The notes beneath the pieces are model-generated. The model ran no database searches. It saw nothing but the letters and a program-made list of their open reading frames with translations, and had not been told where the DNA came from. From a virus, in IMG/VR virus record IMGVR_UViG_3300032116_000025: a stretch of DNA of 64,000 nt; one strand, 5' to 3'. The position numbers and the translations under genes were made by a program. Below, piece after piece: positions 9,306 to 17,679 of the stretch; within the stretch, counting starts at the first letter, position 1, and each line of letters begins with the position of its first letter.

Positions 9306-10108
9306 AAGACGCAAGCACGGTGGCAGACGTTACGTCACTCAGTAAGGGTGACGTGTTTGACGTAGAGTCCGCCTACGTAGAAATGCTACGCAACAAGCCC
9401 CGCGACAACCGCCAGGGACACTTTCACCCGTCAGCTGTGGGGATGTGCGGGCGAAGAAACGTGTACGAGTACATCCGGGCCCCCGCGATTCAGACGATCG
9501 AGCCCGAAGATTTAGAAGTGTTTGACATGGGCCATGCCGTTCACGGAATGATCCAGGACAAACTGGAGTCTATGGGCGCCTTCTTGCAGACTAAGGGCAT
9601 CCAATACTCCTTTCGCCCCGAGGTACGGTTTGATCCACAAACCGATGTCTTGTACCAAGACCTGCACGTTGGTGGAACAACCGACGGCATCCTAGAGGTG
9701 TGGACGGATACCTGGCGTCAGCGCGGAATCATTGAGATCAAGTCCATCAAGGACGAGAACTTCAAGAAGTTGCGTGGGCCCAAGGAAGACCACGTAATGC
9801 AGGCCCACATCTACGCTAAGCGGTTTGACTGCCCGGTGATGTGGATCTGGTACTTCAACAAGGATACGTCAGAGCGCAAGGTGTACACCGTCCTATTCCA
9901 GAAGGACATCCTACAAAAGGCGGTTGCTAGGTACGCGGGCTGGCTAGAGCACGCCGACAACGGAACTCTGCCAGAGCGAGAAGAAAGCTTCTACATCTGT
10001 CCTCGGTGCGAGTACCGAGAGGTGTGTAAGCCCGCTTCTCTAGCAAAGATCCGGAGCCGACTGTCTGACCCCTCGTCTTCAAACCTTCGCCGGATTGTGG
10101 AGGAGTGA
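9302..10108 (+). CDS. Cas4/RecB-like PD-(D/E)xK exonuclease
   Basis: HPS...C, G..VH, GTTDG, IEIKS, QAHIY, CxxC-x5-C (Fe-S type Cys pattern); not linked to any CRISPR array. Confidence 0.85.
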   Translation: MKDASTVADVTSLSKGDVFDVESAYVEMLRNKPRDNRQGHFHPSAVGMCGRRNVYEYIRAPAIQTIEPEDLEVFDMGHAVHGMIQDKLESMGAFLQTKGIQYSFRPEVRFDPQTDVLYQDLHVGGTTDGILEVWTDTWRQRGIIEIKSIKDENFKKLRGPKEDHVMQAHIYAKRFDCPVMWIWYFNKDTSERKVYTVLFQKDILQKAVARYAGWLEHADNGTLPEREESFYICPRCEYREVCKPASLAKIRSRLSDPSSSNLRRIVEE

Positions 10109-10719
10109 TGGCCCTAGACCTAACAAGAGCCGCTATTCTTCCCAAAGGGTCTGACGAACGCTACCAATCCGCGTTCGAGATCATTGAGCAAGTTCGAGAG
10201 CAAATGCGGGATGAGCTTGGGTTAGAAGAGTACCCAAAACCCGAGTCGCAGCCTCGCCCGCTAGCCGATATTCAAAACATTGAAAGTCTCCCAAACGCGG
10301 AGTTGGGAGGACTGTACGCCCACTACGTGGCCTACGCGCAGTTTGTAGGGGCAAAGCTGGCCGAGACTGAGGCTGCCTACAGGATTGCCACAAACGTTCT
10401 TAAACAGATCGTTGCGGAGATCCAGTCAAAGCTGTTTGCGCAAGAAGTACCAAAATCAGAGATCTCGTCCCGTGTGCGGGAAGACGGCCTCTACAAGAAG
10501 TTCGACACCGAGCTAGTTAAGCTCTACGCCACCAAGACCATCCTTACTGCACACCATAAGGCGTATGACAAACAGGCTGCGGCGCTGTCTCGGATTATTG
10601 CGCTGAGGGAACTAGAGTTCCAGCAGACCTTTCGAGAAGGCGGGATCTCAGGCAACGCAAAGAAAGCTAGGCGTCGTCTGGATATGCCAAGCGACTTTAG
10701 GCGGGGCACGGATGAGTGA
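10108..10719 (+). CDS. Helical coiled-coil protein, possibly a UvsY-like recombination mediator
   Basis: Long amphipathic helices inside the recombination cluster; function inferred from context only. Confidence 0.35.
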   Translation: MALDLTRAAILPKGSDERYQSAFEIIEQVREQMRDELGLEEYPKPESQPRPLADIQNIESLPNAELGGLYAHYVAYAQFVGAKLAETEAAYRIATNVLKQIVAEIQSKLFAQEVPKSEISSRVREDGLYKKFDTELVKLYATKTILTAHHKAYDKQAAALSRIIALRELEFQQTFREGGISGNAKKARRRLDMPSDFRRGTDE

Positions 10720-11179
10720 AGTGGCGTCGTTTAGGGTTGTCCTTCGGGACCCCCCTCCTCCCAGCATTAACCACATGTACTTCAACGGTTCCCATGGGCG
10801 CGTCCTAACAAAAGAGGGACGCGCCTTTAAAGACGCCTTGAAGGACGCGGTTGTACAAGCAATCGCGCACAAACCTTGGAAGGAAGCGGTAGACGAGATC
10901 TACGAGCGGGGCGGCTACGTAGTGATGACTATGCAGATCTACCGCGGAGACATGTACAACAAGTCTTGGAGGCCCGGATCTAAGACTCCCTCAGGAGCAC
11001 TAAGATCCCCCTATCAGAAGTTGGATGCAACCAACTATGCCAAGATCATTGAAGATGCCGTGGTGCTCGGCACCGGCATCGACGACAGCGCTCACCTTGA
11101 AGTTACGGTGGGAAAGTCGCACGACCCGGCAGATCCACGGATCGAGGTTTACTACTACGTTTACCCAAAGCCAGGGTGA
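10712..11179 (+). CDS. rusA: RusA-like Holliday junction resolvase
   Basis: PPSINHMY, DATNYAKIIED, GIDDS, PRIEV. Confidence 0.85.
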   Translation: MSEVASFRVVLRDPPPPSINHMYFNGSHGRVLTKEGRAFKDALKDAVVQAIAHKPWKEAVDEIYERGGYVVMTMQIYRGDMYNKSWRPGSKTPSGALRSPYQKLDATNYAKIIEDAVVLGTGIDDSAHLEVTVGKSHDPADPRIEVYYYVYPKPG

Positions 11180-11406
11180 CAATGTCTAGCGAGCTAATCC
11201 CCTTCAAAGACGACACGGGGGATCCTCGCTTTGCCGCTTGCTACGCACGGGGAAGTGTGTTCCGGCGAGAGGGGCGGTTTCTTCGCGTGGAACGTGGAAT
11301 GAGAACTATCGTTCCACGCGCGCTTTGTATGGACACGCACTTCAAAGAGCGGTGCAAAGTCTGTCCTAGTTACACCCAAACAATCGTGTTTAAGCCGGTG
11401 GGATGA
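11176..11406 (+). CDS. Small Cys-containing hypothetical protein
   Basis: 76 aa, GTGA overlap, C...C...CxxC. Confidence 0.65.
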   Translation: MTMSSELIPFKDDTGDPRFAACYARGSVFRREGRFLRVERGMRTIVPRALCMDTHFKERCKVCPSYTQTIVFKPVG

Positions 11407-11741
11407 TGTCCATCCTAGACAATATGAACATGACGGAGCTAGTAGCACTAGCTCAAGAAACCAACGTAGAGGCTCACCGGGGCCTAAGTCGAGAGGCTCT
11501 TGTAGAGCTACTGACTGACCGGTACACCGGCACCCTTCCAGAGAGACCCGTTAACAAGTACAGGCTCCGGATCATGGAGTTTGTTTTAGACCACTGGGAG
11601 CAGGTAAAGCCGATGCTTACCTGCCCAGCCCGTAGTGGCGATTCAAGAGCCTGCTTCAACTGCACAGACGTGCAAGTTGTTGAGTGCGTTTCAACCAACC
11701 GCGACAACCTGTTCCCCAAATCACACGGAGAAAGCAAATGA
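11403..11741 (+). CDS. Rho-N/HeH-like helical domain plus Cys cluster
   Basis: LDNMNMTELVALAQE...LSREALVELL, followed by C-x8-CxxC-x7-C. Confidence 0.55.
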   Translation: MMSILDNMNMTELVALAQETNVEAHRGLSREALVELLTDRYTGTLPERPVNKYRLRIMEFVLDHWEQVKPMLTCPARSGDSRACFNCTDVQVVECVSTNRDNLFPKSHGESK

Positions 11742-12280
11742 GCCAGACCCTTCCCGATAAGTACCGCGTTCGCACCCGGGCCGAGCTTGAGGAGCTTGCC
11801 GCATCGGCAGAACCGACCAAGCGCGGCGTCCTGGGTGCTCTGCTTCGAGAGCTTGGGTTTGACCCCAACGCGATCCTTGAGCTTAAGAGCAAGGAGCGGG
11901 TAGAGCTGATCCTGAAGACGCAGGAGGAGCGCGGTGGTAGCGCTCCTGCCCCGGTGGCCGCTCCCAAGGATGAAGCGCCGAAGGGTAAGGCTTCTCCGGC
12001 TGCGGCAGCTACTCCCACGAAGGAGAAGGCTTCACCGCCGGCAGCCGCCCCGGTTGACGCTCCTCCTGCCCCCGCTGCTCTGGAGAAGAAGATCTCGGAG
12101 TTGCAGGCGGTTGTTCTGGAGCAGGGCAAGGCACTGGCCAAGATGGCTCAGTACCTTCAGGACGCCCACTACCTCATCCGCTTGGTCGTGGCCAGCAACA
12201 GCGACACCAACGCTAACGCCAAGGACCCCGAGATCCGGGAGATGCTCTACGGCAAGCTGAGCGACTCGGGAAAAGGCTGA
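11738..12280 (+). CDS. Hypothetical protein (HeH-like domain, Pro/Ala/Lys linker, coiled coil); short form of a frameshifted gene
   Basis: RBS GGAG before the ATG at 11738, ATGA overlap; ends ...TCG GGA AAA GGC TGA. Confidence 0.8.
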   Translation: MSQTLPDKYRVRTRAELEELAASAEPTKRGVLGALLRELGFDPNAILELKSKERVELILKTQEERGGSAPAPVAAPKDEAPKGKASPAAAATPTKEKASPPAAAPVDAPPAPAALEKKISELQAVVLEQGKALAKMAQYLQDAHYLIRLVVASNSDTNANAKDPEIREMLYGKLSDSGKG

Positions 12281-12507
12281 CGGAGGACGTCATTCCGGCT
12301 CCTGACCTATCCGGCGTACTAAAGCTGACCCCGGACCAGCTTGTTCGGCTTACCCCGCGCGAGCTAGCAGAGATGAACCGGGACGACGTTCTCCAGTTGT
12401 TACATCAGCTAGGCTACTCGATTGAGGGCATCGAAACTCGGACGGCAGCACTGACTAAGCTGTCCTCAGCGATTACTGACGTAGAGGGAGAAGAACTCCC
12501 CGCATAG
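12268..12507 (+). CDS. -1 frame C-terminal extension reached by programmed ribosomal frameshift
   Basis: Slippery heptamer G GGA AAA (12268-12274); -1 frame open for 79 codons (GKRLTEDVIP...EGEELPA*), ending just before the terminator. Confidence 0.75.
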   Translation, partial: GKRLTEDVIPAPDLSGVLKLTPDQLVRLTPRELAEMNRDDVLQLLHQLGYSIEGIETRTAALTKLSSAITDVEGEELPA

Positions 12508-12510
12508 ACC

Positions 12511-12540
12511 GAAAGGGGGCACACGCCCCCTTTCTTTTTT
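12511..12540 (+). terminator. Intrinsic terminator of the replication operon
   Basis: GAAAGGGGGC-ACAC-GCCCCCTTTC followed by TTTTTT. Confidence 0.9.
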
Positions 12541-12549
12541 GATCTAAGC

Positions 12550-12583
12550 AAAAAAGGAGGCATACGGGTTACGTATGCCTCCT
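12550..12583 (-). terminator. Intrinsic terminator on the minus strand
   Basis: 12 bp stem AGGAGGCATACG/CGTATGCCTCCT; the A-run on + reads as a U-tract on -. Confidence 0.85.
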
Positions 12584-12670
12584 GGGTGTGTGGACTGTTT
12601 CAGGGCCAAACGGGGCTGTCAAGGGATCTCCCCTTGCACCATGGTCCACGTGTTTTTGGGCTATTCGCCT
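12550..12670 (-). ncRNA. Candidate ~120 nt structured small RNA
   Basis: Lies between the leftward promoter half and the minus-strand terminator; no real ORF; stems GTGGAC/GTCCAC and CAAGGG/CCCTTG. Confidence 0.45.
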
Positions 12671-12676
12671 CAATAT

Positions 12677-12732
12677 CTGATAGGCAATTTTGGCCAGTTT
12701 TTAGCTAAAAATAGGCCAAAACCCCCTATAAG
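12677..12732. promoter_or_regulatory. Palindromic back-to-back divergent promoter pair
   Basis: 34 bp palindrome at 12688-12721 (15 of 17 pairs); both strands read GCTAAAAA-N14-CTAT[AC]AGA. Confidence 0.65.
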
Positions 12733-12776
12733 AACATGAGAAGGCGAAATGCCTCTCAAACAAGGAGAAAACGAAC

Positions 12777-13193
12777 ATGGGCTTCTTCAGCAAGGTTTGG
12801 AGCGTCATCAAGTCTGCGGCAACGCGGACGTACAACGCGGTGGCCTCGGTCTTCCGGGGCACGGTCGGAGGCACCGTCGGTCTTCTGGTCGGAGTGGGCG
12901 GGGGCGTCGGATGCGCGCTTGCCATCGCACCGGCAAGCGTGGCGGGGTTCATCAACGGCGGAGCCAGCGACGGTGTCGCCGCGCTGGCGACGACGGTGGG
13001 CGGAACCATCGGGTTCCCGCTGGTCGGAGCAGTGGCGCTGCTCCTCAGCGTCCTGGCCGGTGTCGTCGACGCTGGATCCCACGCTATTCGTGGCGTGGGG
13101 CTCGGACTGGAATCGCGTGCGGTAGAGTGGATGCGGCAACAGTTCCCGCAGCAGTTCCCGCAGCCCCGCCGGGCTGCGGCGGCGGCTCGGTGA
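12777..13193 (+). CDS. Glycine-zipper membrane protein in a stand-alone cassette
   Basis: Strong RBS AAGGAG; amphipathic N-terminus GFFSKVWSVIKS; GxxxG-rich hydrophobic helices; own promoter and terminator. Confidence 0.75.
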   Translation: MGFFSKVWSVIKSAATRTYNAVASVFRGTVGGTVGLLVGVGGGVGCALAIAPASVAGFINGGASDGVAALATTVGGTIGFPLVGAVALLLSVLAGVVDAGSHAIRGVGLGLESRAVEWMRQQFPQQFPQPRRAAAAAR

Positions 13194-13197
13194 GCTA

Positions 13198-13240
13198 AGA
13201 AAGTGTGCGAGGGCCAAAAGCCCTCGCACACTTTCTCTTT
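13198..13240. terminator. Terminator hairpin between convergent genes, probably bidirectional
   Basis: Perfect 17 bp stem AGAAAGTGTGCGAGGGC/GCCCTCGCACACTTTCT with a 5 nt loop. Confidence 0.9.
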
Positions 13241-13249
13241 GCCAACAAA

Positions 13250-13729
13250 CTACATAGACGCCACTACGCCCGTGGTAACTCCGACAATCGCACCAACTAC
13301 AAGCACGCCCATTCCAAAAGCAAATCCCCACTGCTCGTAAAAGGGCGGGTTGCGGTAGCGCTGGAGTTGCTGCTCGTAGTTCAAAACAAGCTGGCGCGCC
13401 GTTTCCCGAAGTCCGTCAATCTCGCGCGTGTAGCTGTCGCGGATGACGACGATCTCTAGTTCGTGACTGCGCCTAGTGGCGTCGAGAATCTCTAGGTCTT
13501 CTCGCACCTGTAAGCGGAAGGCCTCACGCCACCAGCGCAGTCGGTTCGTCCAGCGAATGGCTGTATCCGTATCGAGGAGCATTCCCGTGAATGGCGCCGC
13601 GCGTCCTGCGGACACAGACTCAATCCGGTCTGCGCCAGGAGGAATCTCAGGGGGCGTAGGAGAGTCATCCTGCGCGGCCGCCGCGCCGGTAAATAGCCAG
13701 AGAACCGCCGCAAGCAGCACAGTCCTCAT
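13250..13729 (-). CDS. Exported protein with signal peptide, coiled coil and C-terminal TM helix (spanin-like partner?)
   Basis: MRTVLLAAVLWLFTGAAAA|Q signal; C-terminal hydrophobic helix; follows an Rz-like gene. Confidence 0.5.
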   Translation of the reverse strand: MRTVLLAAVLWLFTGAAAAQDDSPTPPEIPPGADRIESVSAGRAAPFTGMLLDTDTAIRWTNRLRWWREAFRLQVREDLEILDATRRSHELEIVVIRDSYTREIDGLRETARQLVLNYEQQLQRYRNPPFYEQWGFAFGMGVLVVGAIVGVTTGVVASM

Positions 13730-14088
13730 TGGCCCCTCCCAGCCGCCAGCATTGCTTGGCGCAACTTCTCAGGGTTGTTTCGTAGATCCTCAACCTCGTC
13801 TGAAAGCCGTTGCTCAAACTTGTCTTGAAGCTCTTGGTACTTGGAGCGGATGTCCGTCAGCTCCTTTTCCAGGCGCTCTTTCTCGGCCTGAAGCTCGCGG
13901 GCCCGAGTCTGCGCCTCCATTAGAGCGCGGTCGTCTGCTTCGCGAAGAGGGTCGACTACCGTGACGCCCTTGAAGCGATCATGAACTAGTACGGATACCG
14001 CGACGAGGAGCAGCAGAGGGGACAGTAGGACCACCCACCAGTTTTCTTTGAGCCAGGGGTATCCTGTCATTCGCCACCAACGCTTCAT
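13726..14088 (-). CDS. Rz/i-spanin-like protein
   Basis: Single N-terminal TM helix, then a long coiled coil; near a holin-like gene. Confidence 0.5.
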   Translation of the reverse strand: MKRWWRMTGYPWLKENWWVVLLSPLLLLVAVSVLVHDRFKGVTVVDPLREADDRALMEAQTRARELQAEKERLEKELTDIRSKYQELQDKFEQRLSDEVEDLRNNPEKLRQAMLAAGRGQ

Positions 14089-14717
14089 ACGGCTACCCGA
14101 GATGCTGGAACAAGCGTGGTTCTCTCAAACCCGGTTACAGGCGCAAGCACCGTGTCTCCGCCTCTGGCCGCGCCCGGCCGCCCGGGAACAGTGGCTCCTG
14201 CGGAAGGCTGAATCCCTGAGCTGCTAACAGCACGCCGCGCCTTAATCGGGCTCACTGCCGTCCCAGCCATAGCAGGAGGCTGCGGTGCAGCTTGCGCAAG
14301 CGCGCGAGGAGTCATCTCTACCGTTGCCGGGCTGGCAGTGACACTCTTGATGTACTCCGGCGTGTAGCGGTGCTCGCCCCCCATATAACCCTCGTGGGTC
14401 TTGAGGGGCTTACTCATGTCGTACTTTACCGGCGTAGACTCAAACCGGTTAACGAGGTCCGACTTAGGGCCTGCCCACGCTCGCTCTGCGCTGCGTGCAC
14501 CCCGGGCAGACTCCGCTACGTTTAAGGTGGCCTTTCGGGCAGCAATGGGAGTGCTCGTGGCCCCGCCAGCCGCTAGCTCCCGCACACCCTGAAGTACCGT
14601 TGGATGCACGCGGGCGCCCTGCGCAGCTCTACTCTCAAGGACAGCAAGAGTCCGCGCTGCGCTGACCGCGTGTTTTTCTAGCTCATCAACAAAAGAGCTA
14701 AAAACAACGCGGTTCAT
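14085..14717 (-). CDS. Hypothetical protein with N-terminal FVDELEKHA motif
   Basis: 210 aa, coupled on both sides; Ala/Arg-rich. Confidence 0.75.
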   Translation of the reverse strand: MNRVVFSSFVDELEKHAVSAARTLAVLESRAAQGARVHPTVLQGVRELAAGGATSTPIAARKATLNVAESARGARSAERAWAGPKSDLVNRFESTPVKYDMSKPLKTHEGYMGGEHRYTPEYIKSVTASPATVEMTPRALAQAAPQPPAMAGTAVSPIKARRAVSSSGIQPSAGATVPGRPGAARGGDTVLAPVTGFERTTLVPASRVAV

Positions 14718-15136
14718 TATCCCACCTCGGTCTGGCTTGGCGTTCCTTTTAAGGCTGCCTTGACCTTGTTGAAGCCGTAGTCAGCAAACTGACCACAGGC
14801 CGCGCCCCAAGCGGCAAACACCAACAGCCTACCGGCGCCTTCAATGTGCTGCTCGGCAATGTACGTGATGATTGCCTCCGGGCGGATCGGGATGAGGACA
14901 GCCATTAGTGCCCCCGTCCAGATAGGCGTCATAGGCAGCACCAGCCGGTTGATGATGAGATTCCGCTTCCGCAAAGCCTCACCTACTCGCTTGGCGTCCT
15001 TCATCGTAGGAGTCGGCTCAGCGTCCTTGTGTCCCCAAGCGACATCAATGACGGTCTTCACCAACTGCGTAATGCCCGTGGCCGCAATTGCGATTAGCAG
15101 TGCTTGCCAAGAGTAGAGAAGCTCAAGCGGGTTCAT
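14717..15136 (-). CDS. Holin-like membrane protein
   Basis: 139 aa, about 3 hydrophobic helices, basic C-terminus. Confidence 0.5.
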   Translation of the reverse strand: MNPLELLYSWQALLIAIAATGITQLVKTVIDVAWGHKDAEPTPTMKDAKRVGEALRKRNLIINRLVLPMTPIWTGALMAVLIPIRPEAIITYIAEQHIEGAGRLLVFAAWGAACGQFADYGFNKVKAALKGTPSQTEVG

Positions 15137-15145
15137 GGCTACGCC

Positions 15146-17665
15146 TCAGTGGTTTCGAGGACCCGGATCAGTATAGTTGATCCGAATGCCGTAAAAGACA
15201 TCTGTGTTGTGCGGATTAGGGGAGTCGTCTCCAGCAAACACGGTGATGGTGTACGCGTAGTTTTCAAAATCTAGCGACACAGGGGACCCGGGGGTTAGCG
15301 GGTACCAGTTAAGCACGGCCGATCCGCCGTCATCCCCGTTACCCAGTCCCGTGGACCCGCCAGCTAGTGTACTTTGGTCAAAACTAAACCTGAAGCGGTT
15401 GCCAGATGATCGCGAAGCTCCAGGACTAACGCTAAACTCGATGCTAGTAACAACGCACCCGGACCTAAGGATTCCGGATAGGTCTAGCCAAGCTGTGGCG
15501 TTGTCAACTTGAGAAATGATGGCACCAAAGTAAAGCCACTCAATCTCTGGATCTGACAAATTGGTAGTGATCGTGCTTCCGTTAAACTTGGAGGCCGACA
15601 CATAAGCTGTTCTAATTGGGAGCGGAGCCGGATACACAAAGTCGCTCGACGACACGTTTCCGGCAGTAACCGTTGATGTGGTTAGCCCGTTACCAACGGA
15701 CATTGACGTCGCTGACGAGTAACCGGTATTCCCGAGTCCGTCGCTAATAGTGCTGCTAGACGCTGCAACCGTGTTTTGGTTGCTTGCAAACGTTACAGTT
15801 ACTCCAGACGAGTTTAGGACTCCGGTCTGAGAGCCACTGTCTGCGGTAAAGTCTAGCGGCGTCTGCCGAGTATACTGCCCAAACGGACTAGACGAGCGGA
15901 TGTTGCCTTTAGTGTAAAGGTACCCGTCTCGCGTTAGCGCCCAAGGCACGTCAAGGGTGAGCGGGCCGGTTGCCAATACCGTCCGCGATCTTGTTCCGAC
16001 AAGATCGCCGGCTACAGCAACAACCGATTGCTGCCCCGGAACGTAGTCAAGCTTGCTCGGAAACAAAGCGGTGTTTGCTACGATTCCAGCAGGAGGGACA
16101 GCGTACCCTGCGGGAACTGAGTCTACCGCTACTGGGGCTGAGCGACCTCCAAACGTAGATCGCGCAATAAAGCGAAACTGAAACGTTCCAGCAGTGGGTA
16201 GCTCTCCAACCCCAAGAGCAGACCCGTCCGGTCGCACAAGCGTCATCTCATCCGGGTTGGTAACTACCGGATCGATGTTTACCGAGCTGAGTAAGAAGTA
16301 CTCTAGAAAGTGTGGTCCGGGGCTTGCGATTTGAACAAGCGTAAATCCAGGCTGAACCGTGTCTGCCCAAGCGCCGTGAGCTAGCCCAGCCGGAGGGGGC
16401 GGAGTTCCATCCGACGTGTGAAGGATGACGCGCCCAACCGGAGCAGCAAAGGTACCGTCAATAGAGCCCGTTACCCCAAGAGAGGCGTCTCGGATTGGGC
16501 TTCGAGTCTCAAGCCCCGAGAACGCGGACGCAAAACCGCCCTCGTCAGTAACTAGTACACCAACCTCGTGTACACCAAAGGGGGCGCCTTCTTCTTTGTT
16601 TAGAACAACGCTTGCTAGGCTTCCCTCCTTTCGCTGGATCTCAAGTCCAATACTCGAAGGAATGGCGTCTAGGTTGAAAACTGACTTCAGCCTTCCAGTC
16701 GTCGTAAATCGAGTCCGCGATTCTACGAAGCCGTCTGGGCGACGGTAAGAGAAGCTAAGGGCTGACTCCGGCCCGGTCCCAAGCAAGCCATCAATGTCGC
16801 GACCTACCAGCGATAGAATCGTGGTTGACTCAAGTTGGGTGGAGGAGAGCGCAAGCGCCGCCTTCCGGCTCGCGTTATCCTTTGTGGCGGAAGACATGGC
16901 ATGCGCGATGAAAAACCGCGCGCTACCCGTCTCGTTTACTGGAAACGACGGTGCAGTCCCGTCTAGCCGACGAACAAGAAAGTCTGTAGTGGCGGGGCCT
17001 AGATTGTAGAGGCGGTACAGGCCATCACTAGTGGCAGACCCCGTGATCTCTACAAAGTCCTGGGCGTCAAACGCTACATCTGTGTTTGTGCCATCGTGGA
17101 CGTTAGCCGGGAAGCGAACAACGTCGCCGCCGATAGCTGCCGGGTTTAGGAACACGGACTCCACGGTGGACATCGTGGTGTAAGCAACCGACGGGCTTAC
17201 GTTCTGGCGGGAGAGCATCCCGTACGCGGGGTCTACGGCGCCACGGAAATCAAATCCACCGCTGGCCGTGGTGTCGGCCAAGGCGTCCGCGCGGAAGTGC
17301 GCGTTGGCTGGATCATCAGCGTACTGCGTAGCTAGGGCAGATACGGTCTCTACCGCTCCAGCGTTTTTTGTGATCTGCCGCCCACCGCCCGCCGGACCTA
17401 CGGTCCCGTTGTTATACGCAGCGTCTAGGCCACCGACTTCAAACGACGCGATGCGGGAGTTGAGGTCGTCCGTGTTCAGGGCAAGCGCGTAATGCGTGCG
17501 GTTCGCGATTGCTGCCGTGAGCTGCTCGCCAAACTGAATGCCGCGGTTTCCCGAGTACGTGCCGGGTGGGGGGCTTAGAGAGATAGGAACCTGGGGACCA
17601 AAAGCTCCCGGGGTGGGGATCAGTACGTTATCCCCAAACATCTCTTCTTTTGTCTTGTACGCCAT
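15146..17665 (-). CDS. Tail fibre / receptor-binding-like protein
   Basis: 839 aa, Ser/Thr/Gly beta-rich, distal to the baseplate genes. Confidence 0.55.
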   Translation of the reverse strand: MAYKTKEEMFGDNVLIPTPGAFGPQVPISLSPPPGTYSGNRGIQFGEQLTAAIANRTHYALALNTDDLNSRIASFEVGGLDAAYNNGTVGPAGGGRQITKNAGAVETVSALATQYADDPANAHFRADALADTTASGGFDFRGAVDPAYGMLSRQNVSPSVAYTTMSTVESVFLNPAAIGGDVVRFPANVHDGTNTDVAFDAQDFVEITGSATSDGLYRLYNLGPATTDFLVRRLDGTAPSFPVNETGSARFFIAHAMSSATKDNASRKAALALSSTQLESTTILSLVGRDIDGLLGTGPESALSFSYRRPDGFVESRTRFTTTGRLKSVFNLDAIPSSIGLEIQRKEGSLASVVLNKEEGAPFGVHEVGVLVTDEGGFASAFSGLETRSPIRDASLGVTGSIDGTFAAPVGRVILHTSDGTPPPPAGLAHGAWADTVQPGFTLVQIASPGPHFLEYFLLSSVNIDPVVTNPDEMTLVRPDGSALGVGELPTAGTFQFRFIARSTFGGRSAPVAVDSVPAGYAVPPAGIVANTALFPSKLDYVPGQQSVVAVAGDLVGTRSRTVLATGPLTLDVPWALTRDGYLYTKGNIRSSSPFGQYTRQTPLDFTADSGSQTGVLNSSGVTVTFASNQNTVAASSSTISDGLGNTGYSSATSMSVGNGLTTSTVTAGNVSSSDFVYPAPLPIRTAYVSASKFNGSTITTNLSDPEIEWLYFGAIISQVDNATAWLDLSGILRSGCVVTSIEFSVSPGASRSSGNRFRFSFDQSTLAGGSTGLGNGDDGGSAVLNWYPLTPGSPVSLDFENYAYTITVFAGDDSPNPHNTDVFYGIRINYTDPGPRNH

Positions 17666-17679
17666 GTTCTATCTCCAGA

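Noticed and set aside
9302-10108. CRISPR-Cas system suggested by the Cas4-like gene
   Set aside because: No repeat-spacer array or other cas genes seen; solo Cas4-like nucleases are common in phage recombination modules
12584-12660. Hammerhead ribozyme or known riboswitch in the sRNA candidate
   Set aside because: CTGAAAC is present but the CUGAnGA core is not; I recognised no known aptamer consensus
12701-13331. Alternative overlapping ORFs 12701-13231, 12736-13125, 12749-13198 and 12756-13331
   Set aside because: Shadow frames of a GC-rich gene; only 12777-13193 has a strong RBS and a coherent protein
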